Positions 19,559-36,488 of a DNA stretch of 64,000 nucleotides are shown piece after piece (the first letter of the stretch is position 1; every line of letters begins with the position of its first letter). Below the pieces are notes generated by a model. That model was not told the origin of the DNA. It saw nothing but the letters and a program-made list of their open reading frames with translations, and searched no databases. The translations under genes and the position numbers were made by a program. Origin of the DNA: the human T2T-CHM13v2.0 reference genome, Homo sapiens; NCBI RefSeq assembly GCF_009914755.1, contig NC_060948.1; one strand, 5' to 3'.

Positions 19559-21686
19559 AGATCCATATTTTTTAAATGAAAAAAAATTTCAAAGGTACTC
19601 TGCTTGGTACAATAATCAAATGTATAAACTGAGGAATAAAACATACCCATGAAACCTACTTATAACTGCATATGGAAAATACAGAGGATAATTTTTTAAA
19701 TAACATATTTTGAAAGCCTTAACTAGTAATTTGAAGAGTTGGCATTTGAAAGGCCAGTATGAATATACCTTCAATGCAGCTACACAGGTTCCCCGTGAGA
19801 AAAAGCAAACACAGGGAAAATAAAAACACAAAGGTTCAATCTCTTCTGACCTTTGAAAGACACAGCACAGACAGTGGTCCTTAGGACGAAGAGCAGGAGA
19901 CCCCTAATTCCGTCACCATGGCGATAGTGCATAAACATTGCTGGGTGAGGGCACAATCCACATTGTGAGGTCCAACTGCTGCCAGGAAGACAGGAGTGCT
20001 TTTACATAGACCGAAAGGTCATTGAAGGCTCAGAGTTTTGTTTCAAGAACTGAATCCCAAGCCCACACGTTATTAGGCTGCGCTTCTTAAAACAAGTTAT
20101 GAGATGGGAAAAAGGGCACCCAAAAACATACGTATACATTATGTATATAATAATATAAAGTGTCATATATATAATATATATAACCTATGTATAATATTGT
20201 TTTACATCCTGCATCTTATGTTATATATATTGTATAAAATATAATAATTGATAATATATAACTTTTATAATTATACAATATGACATATAGTATATATTAT
20301 AATTTATGACATATATAATATATGTTATATATCATATACAGAATATATTATACGGTTAATATACGTATTAAATATAAATTATACATTATATATATTATAT
20401 ATAATATATCTGTTATATATAATACCCATTATGCATAATATATATATTATGTCTATGTTATATATAGTATAAAACAACATATAATAATATATAATTGTAT
20501 ATATAAAATGCGACATATAATATATATTATATTTTATAACATATGTAATATATATTATATATTATATATAATACGTTGTATGTATAATACCTATATTAAA
20601 TATATATTATATGACTATGTTATTAATTACATGTCACATGTGTTATATATTATATATTTTACATAGAATATACCTGTTACATACAATATATACTATGTTA
20701 CATATAATGTATAATTTATTACATGTAAAATAAAGAATGCAATATATTATGTATAATTTATAATATACCATATGTGGAATGTGATATATATAACATATAA
20801 TATATGATATATGATATACAGTATATGATATATAACATACAATATATGATTCCTAATATATATGGTATACAATATATATTTCATGATATGTATTCTATAT
20901 GTTTTATATTCTGTTATATATAACTATTTGAAATTATATATAACTGTATAATATTTTATGTAAATATGTAATATAATATATATAACTATATAATATATTA
21001 TATATAACTATATATTATGTTATATATACTTTTATAACATAATTTGCATAAAATATCATAACATAATATATATTATATTATTTCATATTACATAATATAT
21101 ATTACATATCACCCAATATAACTAACATACATAATATTATAATATAGATTATATTGTGTTATATTAAATATCATATATATCATGTATCATATATTATATA
21201 ATATATATTACACATTATATAATATGTATGTTGTCTATTATGTGATATATATAACTCTATATATAATTATATTTTTATACATATAACTAGATAAACATGT
21301 AATTCTACATATTTTCATTTATAATATGTAGAATTATATAATCATATATAATTATTTATATTCTATAAAAAATTTTATCATTATATCAATTATAATATAT
21401 AAAAATTATAATATGTACTACAAATATATATATTATATATCATATATGATATAGTACCTTTGTTATATATCATAATACATATAAATGTGTATTATGTTAT
21501 CTATAATTATATAATTTCATATATAAGATGTATAATATGTATCATATATTATATATGTTATGTAATATATATAGTATATATAAGATGACACAGGATAAAT
21601 ATTATATACTATGACATATAAAATATATGAGGTTATATTTTACATATAAGGCATAGCACATAACATGTAATATATATCATATATAA

Positions 21687-21978
21687 TTTTTTTTTAGACA
21701 GAATCTTGTCCTGTTGCACAGGGTGGGGTACAATGGCGCCATCTTTGCTCACTGCAACTTCTGCCTCACGGGTCCAAGCGATGGTCCTCCCTCAGCCTCC
21801 CAGGTAGCTGGGACTACACCACACTGGGACTACACCAGCTGCCACCATGCCTAGCTAATTTTTTGGATTTTTAGTAGTGACAGCCTTTCACTGTATTGGC
21901 CAGGATGGTCTTGATCTCTTCACCTTGTGATCCCCTTGCCTTGGCCTCCAAATTTGCTGGGATTACAGGCCTGAGCCA
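21687..21978 (-). mobile_element. Diverged Alu, unit 10
   Basis: Type-B Alu copy. Confidence 0.95.
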
Positions 21979-24106
21979 AGATCCATATTTTTTAAATGAA
22001 AAAAAATTTCAAAGGTACTCTGCTTGGTACAATAATCAAATGTATAAACTGAGGAATAAAACATACCCATGAAACCTACTTATAACTGCATATGGAAAAT
22101 ACAGAGGGTAATTTTTTAAATAACATATTTTGAAAGCCTTAAGTAGTAATTTGAAGAGTTGGCATTTGAAAGGCCAGTATGAATATACCTTCAATGCAGC
22201 AACACAGGTTCCCCGTGAGAAAAAGCAAACACAGGGAAAATAAAAACACAAAGGTTCAATCTCTTCTGACCTTTGAAAGACACAGCACAGACAGTGGTCC
22301 TTAGGACGAAGAGCAGGAGACCCCTAATTCCGTCACCATGGCGATAGTGCATAAACATTGCTGGGTGAGGGCACAATCCACATTGTGAGGTCCAACTGCT
22401 GCCAGGAAGACAGGAGTGCTTTTACATAGACCGAAAGGTCATTGAAGGCTCAGAGTTTTGTTTCAAGAACTGAATCCCAAGCCCACACGTTATTAGGCTG
22501 CGCTTCTTAAAACAAGTTATGAGATGGGAAAAAGGGCACCCACAAACATACGTATACATTATGTATATAATAATATAAAGTGTCATATATATAATATATA
22601 TAACCTATGTATAATATTGTTTTACATCCTGCATCTTATGTTATATATATTGTATAAAATATAATAATTGATAATATATAAGTTTTATAATTATACAATA
22701 TGACATATAGTATATATTATAATTTATGACATATATAATATATGTTATATATCATATACAGAATATATTATACGGTTAATATACGTATTAAATATAAATT
22801 ATACATTATATATATTATATATAATATATCTGTTATATATAATACCCATTATGCATAATATATATATTATGTCTATGTTATATATAGTATAAAACAACAT
22901 ATAATAATATATAATTGTATATATAAAATGCGACATATAATATATATTATATTTTATAACATATGTAATATATATTATATATTATATATAATACGTTGTA
23001 TGTATAATACCTATATTAAATATATATTATATGACTATGTTATTAATTACATGTCACATGTGTTATATATTATATATTTTACATAGAATATACCGGTGAC
23101 ATACAATATATACTATGTTACCTATAATGTATAATTTATTACATGTAAAATAAAGAATGCAATATATTATGTATAATTTATAATATACAATATGTGGAAT
23201 GTGATATATATAACATATAATATATGATATATGATATACAGTATATGATATATAACATACAATATATGATTCCTAATATATATGGTATACAATATATATT
23301 TCATGATATGTATTCTATATGTTTTATATTCTGTTATATATAACTATTTGAAATTATATATAACTGTATAATATTTTATGTAAATATGTAATATAATATA
23401 TATAACTATATAATATATTATATATAACTATATATTATGTTATATATACTTTTATAACATAATTTGCATAAAATATCATAACATAATATATATTATATTA
23501 TTTCATATTACATAATATATATTACATATCACCCAATATAACTAACATACATAATATTATAATATAGATTATATTGTGTTATATTAAATATCATATATAT
23601 CATGTATCATATATTCTATAATATATATTACACATTATATAATATGTATGTTGTCTATTATGTGATATATATAACTCTATATATAATTATAGTTTTATAC
23701 ATATAACTAGATAAACATGTAATTCTACATATTTTCATTTATAATATGTAGAATTATATAATCATATATAATTATTTATATTCTATAAAAAATTTTATCA
23801 TTATATAAATTATAATATATAAAAATTATAATATGTACTACAAATATATATATTATATATCATATATGATATAGTACCTTTGTTATATATCATAATACAT
23901 ATAAATGTGTATTATGTTATCTATAATTATATAATTTCATATATAAGATGTATAATATGTATCATATATTATATATGTTATGTAATATATATAGTATATA
24001 TAAGATGACACAGGATAAATATTATATACTATGACATATAAAATATATGAGGTTATATTTTACATATAAGGCATAGCACATAACATGTAATATATATCAT
24101 ATATAA

Positions 24107-24398
24107 TTTTTTTTTAGACAGAATCTTGTCCTGTTGCACAGGGTGGGGTACAATGGCGCCATCTTTGCTCACTGCAACTTCTGCCTCACGGGTCCAAGCG
24201 ATGGTCCTCCCTCAGCCTCCCAGGTAGCTGGGACTACACCACACTGGGACTACACCAGCTGCCACCATGCCTAGCTAATTTTTTGGATTTTTAGTAGTGA
24301 CAGCGTTTCACTGTATTGGCCAGGATGGTCTTGATCTCTTCACCTTGTGATCCCCTTGCCTTGGCCTCCAAATTTGCTGGGATTACAGGCCTGAGCCA
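24107..24398 (-). mobile_element. Diverged Alu, unit 11
   Basis: Type-B Alu copy. Confidence 0.95.
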
Positions 24399-26526
24399 AG
24401 ATCCATATTTTTTAAATGAAAAAAAATTTCAAAGGTACTCTGCTTGGTACAATAATCAAATGTATAAACTGAGGAATAAAACATACCCATGAAACCTACT
24501 TATAACTGCATATGGAAAATACAGAGGGTAATTTTTTAAATAACATATTTTGAAAGCCTTAACTAGTAATTTGAAGAGTTGGCATTTGAAAGGCCAGTAT
24601 GAATATACCTTCAATGCAGCAACACAGGTTCCCCATGAGAAAAAGCAAACACAGGGAAAATAAAAACACAAAGGTTCAATCTCTTCTGACCTTTGAAAGA
24701 CACAGCACAGACAGTGGTCCTTAGGACGAAGAGCAGGAGACCCCTAATTCCGTCACCATGGCGATAGTGCATAAACATTGCTGGGTGAGGGCACAATCCA
24801 CATTGTGAGGTCCAACTGCTGCCAGGAAGACAGGAGTGCTTTTACATAGACCGAAAGGTCATTGAAGGCTCAGAGTTTTGTTTCAAGAACTGAATCCCAA
24901 GCCCACACGTTATTAGGCTGCGCTTCTTAAAACAAGTTATGAGATGGGAAAAAGGGCACCCACAAACATACGTATACATTATGTATATAATAATATACAG
25001 TGTCATATATATAATATATATAACCTATGTATAATATTGTTTTACATCCTGCATCTTATGTTATATATATTGTATAAAATATAATAATTGATAATATATA
25101 AGTTTTATAATTATACAATATGACATATAGTATATATTATAATTTATGACATATATAATATATGTTATATATCATATACAGAATATATTATACGGTTAAT
25201 ATACGTATTAAATATAAATTATACATTATATATATTATATATAATATATCTGTTATATATAATACCCATTATGCATAATATATATATTATGTCTATGTTA
25301 TATATAGTATAAAACAACATATAATAATATATAATTGTATATATAAAATGCGACATATAATATATATTATATTTTATAACATATGTAATATATATTATAT
25401 ATTATATATAATACGTTGTATGTATAATACCTATATTAAATATATATTATATGACTATGTTATTAATTACATGTCACATGTGTTATATATTATATATTTT
25501 ACATAGAATATACCGGTGACATACAATATATACTATGTTACCTATAATGTATAATTTATTACATGTAAAATAAAGAATGCAATATATTATGTATAATTTA
25601 TAATATACAATATGTGGAATGTGATATATATAACATATAATATATGATATATGATATACACTATATGATATATAACATACAATATATGATTCCTAATATA
25701 TATGGTATACAATATATATTTCATGATATGTATTCTATATGTTTTATATTCTGTTATATATAACTATTTGAAATTATATATAACTGTATAATATTTTATG
25801 TAAATATGTAATATAATATATATAACTATATAATATATTATATATAACTATATATTATGTTATATATACTTTTATAACATAATTTGCATAAAATATCATA
25901 ACATAATATATATTATATTATTTCATATTACATAATATATATTACATATCACCCAATATAACTAACATACATAATATTATAATATAGATTATATTGTGTT
26001 ATATTAAATATCATATATATCATGTATCATATATTCTATAATATATATTACACATTATATAATATGTATGTTGTCTATTATGTGATATATATAACTCTAT
26101 ATATAATTATAGTTTTATACATATAACTAGATAAACATGTAATTCTACATATTTTCATTTATAATATGTAGAATTATATAATCATATATAATTATTTATA
26201 TTCTATAAAAAATTTTATCATTATATCAATTATAATATATAAAAATTATAATATGTACTACAAATATATATATTATATATCATATATGATATAGTACCTT
26301 TGTTATATATCATAATACATATAAATGTGTATTATGTTATCTATAATTATATAATTTCATATATAAGATGTATAATATGTATCATATATTATATATGTTA
26401 TGTAATATATATAGTATATATAAGATGACACAGGATAAATATTATATACTATGACATATAAAATATATGAGGTTATATTTTACATATAAGGCATAGCACA
26501 TAACATGTAATATATATCATATATAA

Positions 26527-26818
26527 TTTTTTTTTAGACAGAATCTTGTCCTGTTGCACAGGGTGGGGTACAATGGCGCCATCTTTGCTCACTGCAACTT
26601 CTGCCTCACGGGTCCAAGCGATGGTCCTCCCTCAGCCTCCCAGGTAGCTGGGACTACACCACACTGGGACTACACCAGCTGCCACCATGCCTAGCTAATT
26701 TTTTGGATTTTTAGTAGTGACAGCGTTTCACTGTATTGGCCAGGATGGTCTTGATCTCTTCACCTTGTGATCCCCTTGCCTTGGCCTCCAAATTTGCTGG
26801 GATTACAGGCCTGAGCCA
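26527..26818 (-). mobile_element. Diverged Alu, unit 12
   Basis: Type-B Alu copy. Confidence 0.95.
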
Positions 26819-28946
26819 AGATCCATATTTTTTAAATGAAAAAAAATTTCAAAGGTACTCTGCTTGGTACAATAATCAAATGTATAAACTGAGGAATAAA
26901 ACATACCCATGAAACCTACTTATAACTGCATATGGAAAATACAGAGGATAATTTTTTAAATAACATATTTTGAAAGCCTTAACTAGTAATTTGAAGAGTT
27001 GGCATTTGAAAGGCCAGTATGAATATACCTTCAATGCAGCAACACAGGTTCCCCGTGAGAAAAAGCAAACACAGGGAAAATAAAAACACAAAGGTTCAAT
27101 CTCTTCTGACCTTTGAAAGACACAGCACAGACAGTGGTCCTTAGGACGAAGAGCAGGAGACCCCTAATTCCGTCACCATGGCGATAGGGCATAAACATTG
27201 CTGGGTGAGGGCACAATCCACATTGTGAGGTCCAACTGCTGCCAGGAAGACAGGAGTGCTTTTACATAGACCGAAAGGTCATTGAAGGCTCAGAGTTTTG
27301 TTTCAAGAACTGAATCCCAAGCCCACACGTTATTAGGCTGCGCTTCTTAAAACAAGTTATGAGATGGGAAAAAGGGCACCCACAAACATACGTATACATT
27401 ATGTATATAATAATATAAAGTGTCATATATATAATATATATAACCTATGTATAATATTGTTTTACATCCTGCATCTTATGTTATATATATTGTATAAAAT
27501 ATAATAATTGATAATATATAAGTTTTATAATTATACAATATGACATATAGTATATATTATAATTTATGACATATATAATATATGTTATATATCATATACA
27601 GAATATATTATACGGTTAATATACGTATTAAATATAAATTATACATTATATATATTATATATAATATATCTGTTATATATAATACCCATTATGCATAATA
27701 TATATATTATGTCTATGTTATATATAGTATAAAACAACATATAATAATATATAATTGTATATATAAAATGCGACATATAATATATATTATATTTTATAAC
27801 ACATGTAATATATATTATATATTATATATAATATGTTGTATGTATAATACCTATATTAAATATATATTATATGACTATGTTATTAATTACATGTCACATG
27901 TGTTATATATTATATATTTTACATAGAATATACCGGTGACATACAATATATACTATGTTACCTATAATGTATAATTTATTACATGTAAAATAAAGAATGC
28001 AATATATTATGTATAATTTATAATATACAATATGTGGAATGTGATATATATAACATATAATATATGATATATGATATACAGTATATGATATATAACATAC
28101 AATATATGATTCCTAATATATATGGTATACAATATATATTTCATGATATGTATTCTATATGTTTTATATTCTGTTATATATAACTATTTGAAATTATATA
28201 TAACTGTATAATATTTTATGTAAATATGTAATATAATATATATAACTATATAATATATTATATATAACTATATATTATGTTATATATACTTTTATAACAT
28301 AATTTGCATAAAATATCATAACATAATATATATTATATTATTTCATATTACATAATATATATTACATATCACCCAATATAACTAACATACATAATATTAT
28401 AATATAGATTATATTGTGTTATATTAAATATCATATATATCATGTATCATATATTCTATAATATATATTACACATTATATAATATGTATGTTGTCTATTA
28501 TGTGATATATATAACTCTATATATAATTGTAGTTTTATACATATAACTAGATAAACATGTAATTCTACATATTTTCATTTTTAATATGTAGAATTATATA
28601 ATCATATATAATTATTTATATTCTATAAAAAATTTTATCATTATATAAATTATAATATATAAAAATTACAATATGTAATACAAATATATATATTATATAT
28701 CTTATATGATATAGTACCTTTGTTATATATCATAATACATATAAATGTGTATTATGTTATCTATAATTATATAATTTCATATATAAGATGTATAATATGT
28801 ATCATATATTATATATGTTATGTAATATATATAGTATATATAAGATGACACAGGATAAATATTATATACTATGACATATAAAATATATGAGGTTATATTT
28901 TACATATAAGGCATAGCACATAACATGTAATATATATCATATATAA

Positions 28947-29238
28947 TTTTTTTTTAGACAGAATCTTGTCCTGTTGCACAGGGTGGGGTACAATGGCGCC
29001 ATCTTTGCTCACTGCAACTTCTGCCTCACGGGTCCAAGCGATGGTCCTCCCTCAGCCTCCCAGGTAGCTGGGACTACACCACACTGGGACTACACCAGCT
29101 GCCACCATGCCTAGCTAATTTTTTGGATTTTTAGTAGTGACAGCGTTTCACTGTATTGGCCAGGATGGTCTTGATCTCTTCACCTTGTGATCCCCTTGCC
29201 TTGGCCTCCAAATTTGCTGGGATTACAGGCCTGAGCCA
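28947..29238 (-). mobile_element. Diverged Alu, unit 13
   Basis: Type-B Alu copy. Confidence 0.95.
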
Positions 29239-31359
29239 AGATCCATATTTTTTAAATGAAAAAAAATTTCAAAGGTACTCTGCTTGGTACAATAATCAAA
29301 TGTATAAACTGAGGAATAAAACATACCCATGAAACCTACTTATAACTGCATATGGAAAATACAGAGGATAATTTTTTAAATAACATATTTTGAAAGCCTT
29401 AACTAGTAATTTGAAGAGTTGGCATTTGAAAGGCCAGTATGAATATACCTTCAATGCAGCAACACAGGTTCCCCGTGAGAAAAAGCAAACACAGGGAAAA
29501 TAAAAACACAAAGGTTCAATCTCTTCTGACCTTTGAAAGACACAGCACAGACAGTGGTCCTTAGGACGAAGAGCAGGAGACCCCTAATTCCGTCACCATG
29601 GCGATAGTGCATAAACATTGCTGGGTGAGGGCACAATCCACATTGTGAGGTCCAACTGCTGCCAGGAAGACAGGAGTGCTTTTACATAGACCGAAAGGTC
29701 ATTGAAGGCTCAGAGTTTTGTTTCAAGAACTGAATCCCAAGCCCACACGTTATTAGGCTGCGCTTCTTAAAACAAGTTATGAGATGGGAAAAAGGGCACC
29801 CACAAACATACGTATACATTATGTATATAATAATATAAAGTGTCATATATATAATATATATAACCTATGTATAATATTGTTTTACATCCTGTATCTTATG
29901 TTATATATATTGTATAAAATATAATAATTGATAATATATAAGTTTTATAATTATACAATATGACATATAGTATATATTATAATTTATGACATATATAATA
30001 TATGTTATATATCATATACAGAATATATTATACGGTTAATATACGTATTAAATATAAATTATACATTATATATATTATATATAATATATCTGTTATATAT
30101 AATACCCATTATGCATAATATATATATTATGTCTATGTTATATATAGTATAAAACAACATATAATAATATATAATTGTATATATAAAATGCGACATATAA
30201 TATATATTATATTTTATAACATATGTAATATATATTATATATAATACGTTGTATGTATAATACCTATATTAAATATATATTATATGACTATGTTATTAAT
30301 TACATGTCACATGTGTTATATATTATATATTTTACATAGAATATACCGGTTACATACAATATATACTATGTTACCTATAATGTATAATTTGTTACATGTA
30401 AAATAAAGAATGCAATATATTATGTATAATTTATAATATACAATATGTGGAATGTGATATATATAACATATAATATATGATATATGATATACAGTATATG
30501 ATATATAACATACAATATATGATTCCTAATATATATGGTATACAATATATATTTTATGATATGTATTCTATATGTTTTATATTCTGTTATATATAACTAT
30601 TTGAAATTATATATAACTGTATAATATTTTATGTAAATATGTAATATAATATATATAACTATATAATATATTATATATAACTATATATTATGTTATATAT
30701 ACTTTTATAACATAATTTACATAAAATATCATAATATAATATATATTATATTATTTCATATTACATAATATATATTATATATCACCCAATATAACTAACA
30801 TACATAATATTATAATATAGATTATATTGTGTTATATTAAATTTCATATATATCATGTATCATATATTCTATAATATATATTACACATTATATAATATGT
30901 ATGTTGTCTATTATGTGATATATATAACTATATATATAATTATATTTTTATACATATAACTAGATAAACATGTAATTCTACATATTTTCATTTATAATAT
31001 GTAGAATTATATAATCATATATAATTACTTATATTCCATAAAAAATTATATCATTATATAAATTATAATATATAAAAATTATAATATGTACTACAAATAT
31101 ATATATTATATATCATATATGATATAGTACCTTTGTTATATATCATAATACATATAAATGTGTATTATGTTATCTATAATTATATAATTTCATATATAAT
31201 ATGTATAATATGTATCATATATTATATATGTTATGTAATATATATAGTGTATATAAGATGACACAGGATAAATATTATATACTATGACATATAAAATATA
31301 TGAGGTTATATGTTACATATAAGGCATAGCACATAACATGTAATATATATCATATATAA

Positions 31360-31650
31360 TTTTTTTTAGACAGAATCTTGTCCTGTTGCACAGGGTGGGG
31401 TACAATGGCGCCATCTTTGCTCACTGCAACTTCTGCCTCACGGGTCCAAGCGATTGTCCTCCCTGAGCCTCCCAGGTAGCTGGGACTACACCACACTGGG
31501 ACTACACCAGCTGCCACCATGCCTAGCTAATTTTTTGGATTTTTAGTAGTGACAGCGTTTCACTGTATTGGCCAGGATGGTCTTGATCTCTTCACCTTGT
31601 GATCCCCTTGCCTTGGCCTCCAAATTTGCTGGGATTACAGGCCTGAGCCA
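31360..31650 (-). mobile_element. Diverged Alu, unit 14
   Basis: Type-B Alu copy. Confidence 0.95.
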
Positions 31651-33754
31651 AGATCCATATTTTTTAAATGAAAAAAAATTTCAAAGGTACTCTGCTTGGT
31701 ACAATAATCAAATGTATAAACTGAGGAATAAAACATAACCATGAAACCTACTTATAACTGCATATGGAAAATACAGAGGATAATTTTTTAAATAACATAT
31801 TTTGAAAGCCTTAACTAGTAATTTGAAGAGTTGGCATTTGAAAGGCCAGTATGAATATACCTTCAAAGCAGCAACACAGGTTCCCCATGAGAAAAAGCAA
31901 ACACAGGGCAAATAAAAACACAAAGGTTCAATCTCTTCTGACCTTTGAAAGACACAGCACAGACAGTGGTCCTTAGGACGAAGAGCAGGAGACCCCTAAT
32001 TCCGTCACCATGGCGATAGGGCATAAACATTGCTGGGTGAGGGCACAATCCACATTGTGAGGTCCAACTGCTGCCAGGAAGACAGGAGTGCTTTTACATA
32101 GACCGAAAGGTCATTGAAGGCTCAGAGTTTTGTTTCAAGAACTGAATCCCAAGCCCACACGTTATTAGCCTGCACTTCTTAAAACAAGTTATGAGATGGG
32201 AAAAAGGGCACCCACAAACATACGTATACATTATGTATATAATAATATACAGTGTCATATATATAATATATATAACCTATGTATAATATTGTTTTACATC
32301 CTGCATCTTATGTTATATATATTGTATAAAATATAATAATTGATAATATATAACTTTTATAATTATACAATATGACATATAGTATATATTATAATTTATG
32401 ACATATATAATATATGTTATATATCATATACAGAATATATTATACGGTTAATATACGTATTAAATATAAATTATACATTATATATATTATATATAATATA
32501 TCTGTTATATATAATACCCATTATGCATAATATATATATTATGTCTATGTTATATATAGTATAAAACAACATATAATAATATATAATTGTATATATAAAT
32601 GCGACATATAATATATATTATATTTTATAACATATGTAATATATATTATATATTATATATAATACGTTGTATGTATAATACCTATATTAAATATATATTA
32701 TATGACTATGTTATTAATTACATGTCACATGTGTTATATATTATATATTTTACATAGAATACACCGGTTACATACAATATATACCATGTTACCTATAATG
32801 TATAATTTATTACATGTAAAATAAAGAATGCAATATATTATGTATAATTTATAATATACAATATGTGGAATGTGATATATATAACATATAATATATGATA
32901 TATGATATACAGTATATGATATATAACATACAATATATGATTCCTAATATATATGGTATACAATATATATTTTATGATATGTATTCTATATGTTTTATAT
33001 TCTGTTATATATAACTATTTGAAATTATATATAACTGTATAATATTTTATGTAAATATGTAATATAATATATATAACTATATAATATATTATATATAACT
33101 ATATATTATGTTATATATACTTTTATAACATAATTTACATAAAATATCATAATATAATATATATTATATTATTTCATATTACATAATATATATTACATAT
33201 CACCCAATATAAGTAACATACATAATATTATAATATAGATTATATTATGTTATATTAAATATCATATATATCATGTATCATATATTCTATAATATATATT
33301 ACACATTATATAATATGTATGTTGTCTATTATGTGATATATATAACTATATATATAATTAAATTTTTATACATATAACTAGATAAACATGTAATTCTACA
33401 TATTTTCATTTATAATATGTAGAAGTATATAATCATATATAATTATTTATATTCTATAAAAAATTTTATCATTATATAAATTATAATATATAAAAATTAT
33501 AATATGTACTACAAATATATATATTATATATCATATATGATATAGTACCTTTGTTATATATCATAATACATATAAATGTGTATTATGTTATCTATAAGTA
33601 TATAATTTCATATATAAGATGTATAATATGTATCATATATTATATAAGTTATGTAATATATATAGTATATATAAGATGACACAGGATAAATATTATATAC
33701 TATGACATATAAAATATATGAGGTTATATGTTACATATAAGGCATAGCACATAA

Positions 33755-34069
<315 letters not shown>

Positions 34070-36196
34070 AGATCCATATTTTTTAAATGAAAAAAAATTT
34101 CAAAGGTACTCTGCTTGGTACAATAATCAAATGTATAAACTGAGGAATAAAACATAACCATGAAACCTACTTATAACTGCATATGGAAAATACAGAGGAT
34201 AATTTTTTAAATAACATATTTTGAAAGCCTTAACTAGTAATTTGAAGAGTTGGCATTTGAAAGGCCAGTATGAATATACCTTCAAAGCAGCAACACAGGT
34301 TCCCCATGAGAAAAAGCAAACACAGGGAAAATAAAAACACAAAGGTTCAATCTCTTCTGACCTTTGAAAGACACAGCACAGACAGTGGTCCTTAGGACGA
34401 AGAGCAGGAGACCCCTAATTCCGTCACCATGGCGATAGGGCATAAACATTGCTGGGTGAGGGCACAATCCACATTGTGAGGTCCAACTGCTGCCAGGAAG
34501 ACAGGAGTGCTTTTACATAGACCGAAAGGTCATTGAAGGCTCAGAGTTTTGTTTCAACAACTGAATCCCAAGCCCACACGTTATTAGGCTGCGCTTCTTA
34601 AAACAAGTTATGAGATGGGAAAAAGGGCACCCACAAACATACGTATACATTATGTATATAATAATATAGAGTGTCATATATATAATATATATAACCTATG
34701 TATAATATTGTTTTACATCCTGCATCTTATGTTATATATATTGTATAAAATATAATAATTGATAATATATAAGTTTTATAATTATACAATATGACATATA
34801 GTATATATTATAATTTATGACATATATAATATATGTTATATATCATATACAGAATATATTATATGGTTAATATACGTATTAAATATAAATTATACATTAT
34901 ATATATTATATATAATATATCTGTTATATATAATACCCATTATGCATAATATATATATTATGTCTATGTTATATATAGTATAAAACAACATATAATAATA
35001 TATAATTGTATATATAAATGCGACATATAATATATATTATATTTTATAACATATGTAATATATATTATATATTATATATAATACGTTGTATGTATAATAC
35101 CTATATTAAATATATATTATATGACTATGTTATTAATTACATGTCACATGTGTTATATATTATATATTTTACATAGAATATACCGGTTACATACAATATA
35201 TACCATGTTACCTATAATGTATAATTTATTACATGTAAAATAAAGAATGCAATATATTATGTATAATTTATAATATACAATATGTGGAATGTGATATATA
35301 TAACATATAATATATGATATATGATATACAGTATATGATATATAACATACAATATATGATTCCTAATATATATGGTATACAATATATATTTTATGATATG
35401 TATTCTATATGTTTTATATTCTGTTATATATAACTATTTGAAATTATATATAACTGTATAATATTTTATGTAAATATGTAATATAATATATATAACTATA
35501 TAATATATTATATATAACTATATATTATGTTATATATACTTTTATAACATAATTTACATAAAATATCATAATATAATATATATTATATTATTTCATATTA
35601 CATAATATATATTACATATCACCCAATATAACTAACATACATAATATTATAATATAGATTATATTATGTTATATTAAATATCATATATATCATGTATCAT
35701 ATATTCTATAATATATATTACACATTATATAATATGTATGTTGTCTATTATGTGATATATATAACTCTATATATAATTATATTTTTATACATATAACTAG
35801 ATAAACATGTAATTCTACATATTTTCATTTATAACATGTAGAATTATATAATCATATATAATTATTTATATTCTATAAAAAATTTTATCATTATATAAAT
35901 TATAATATATAAAAATTATAATATGTACTACAAATATATATATTATATATCATATATGATATAGTACCTTTGTTATATATCATAATACATATAAATGTGT
36001 ATTATGTTATCTATAATTATATAATTTCATATATAAGATGTATAATATGTATCATATATTATACATGTTATGTAATATATATAGTATATATAAGATGACA
36101 CAGGATAAATATTATATACTATGACATATAAAATATATGAGCTTATATTTTACATATAAGGCATAGCACATAACATGTAATATATATCATATATAA

Positions 36197-36488
36197 TTTT
36201 TTTTTAGACAGAATCTTGTCCTGTTGCACAGGGTGGGGTACAATGGCGCCATCTTTGCTCACTGCAACTTCTGCCTCACGGGTCCAAGCGATGGTCCTCC
36301 CTCAGCCTCCCAGGTAGCTGGGACTACACCACACTGGGACTACACCAGCTGCCACCATGCCTAGCTAATTTTTTGGATTTTTAGTAGTGACAGCGTTTCA
36401 CTGTATTGGCCAGGATGGTCTTGATCTCTTCACCTTGTGATCCCCTTGCCTTGGCCTCCAAATTTGCTGGGATTACAGGCCTGAGCCA
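36197..36488 (-). mobile_element. Diverged Alu, unit 16
   Basis: Type-B Alu copy. Confidence 0.95.
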
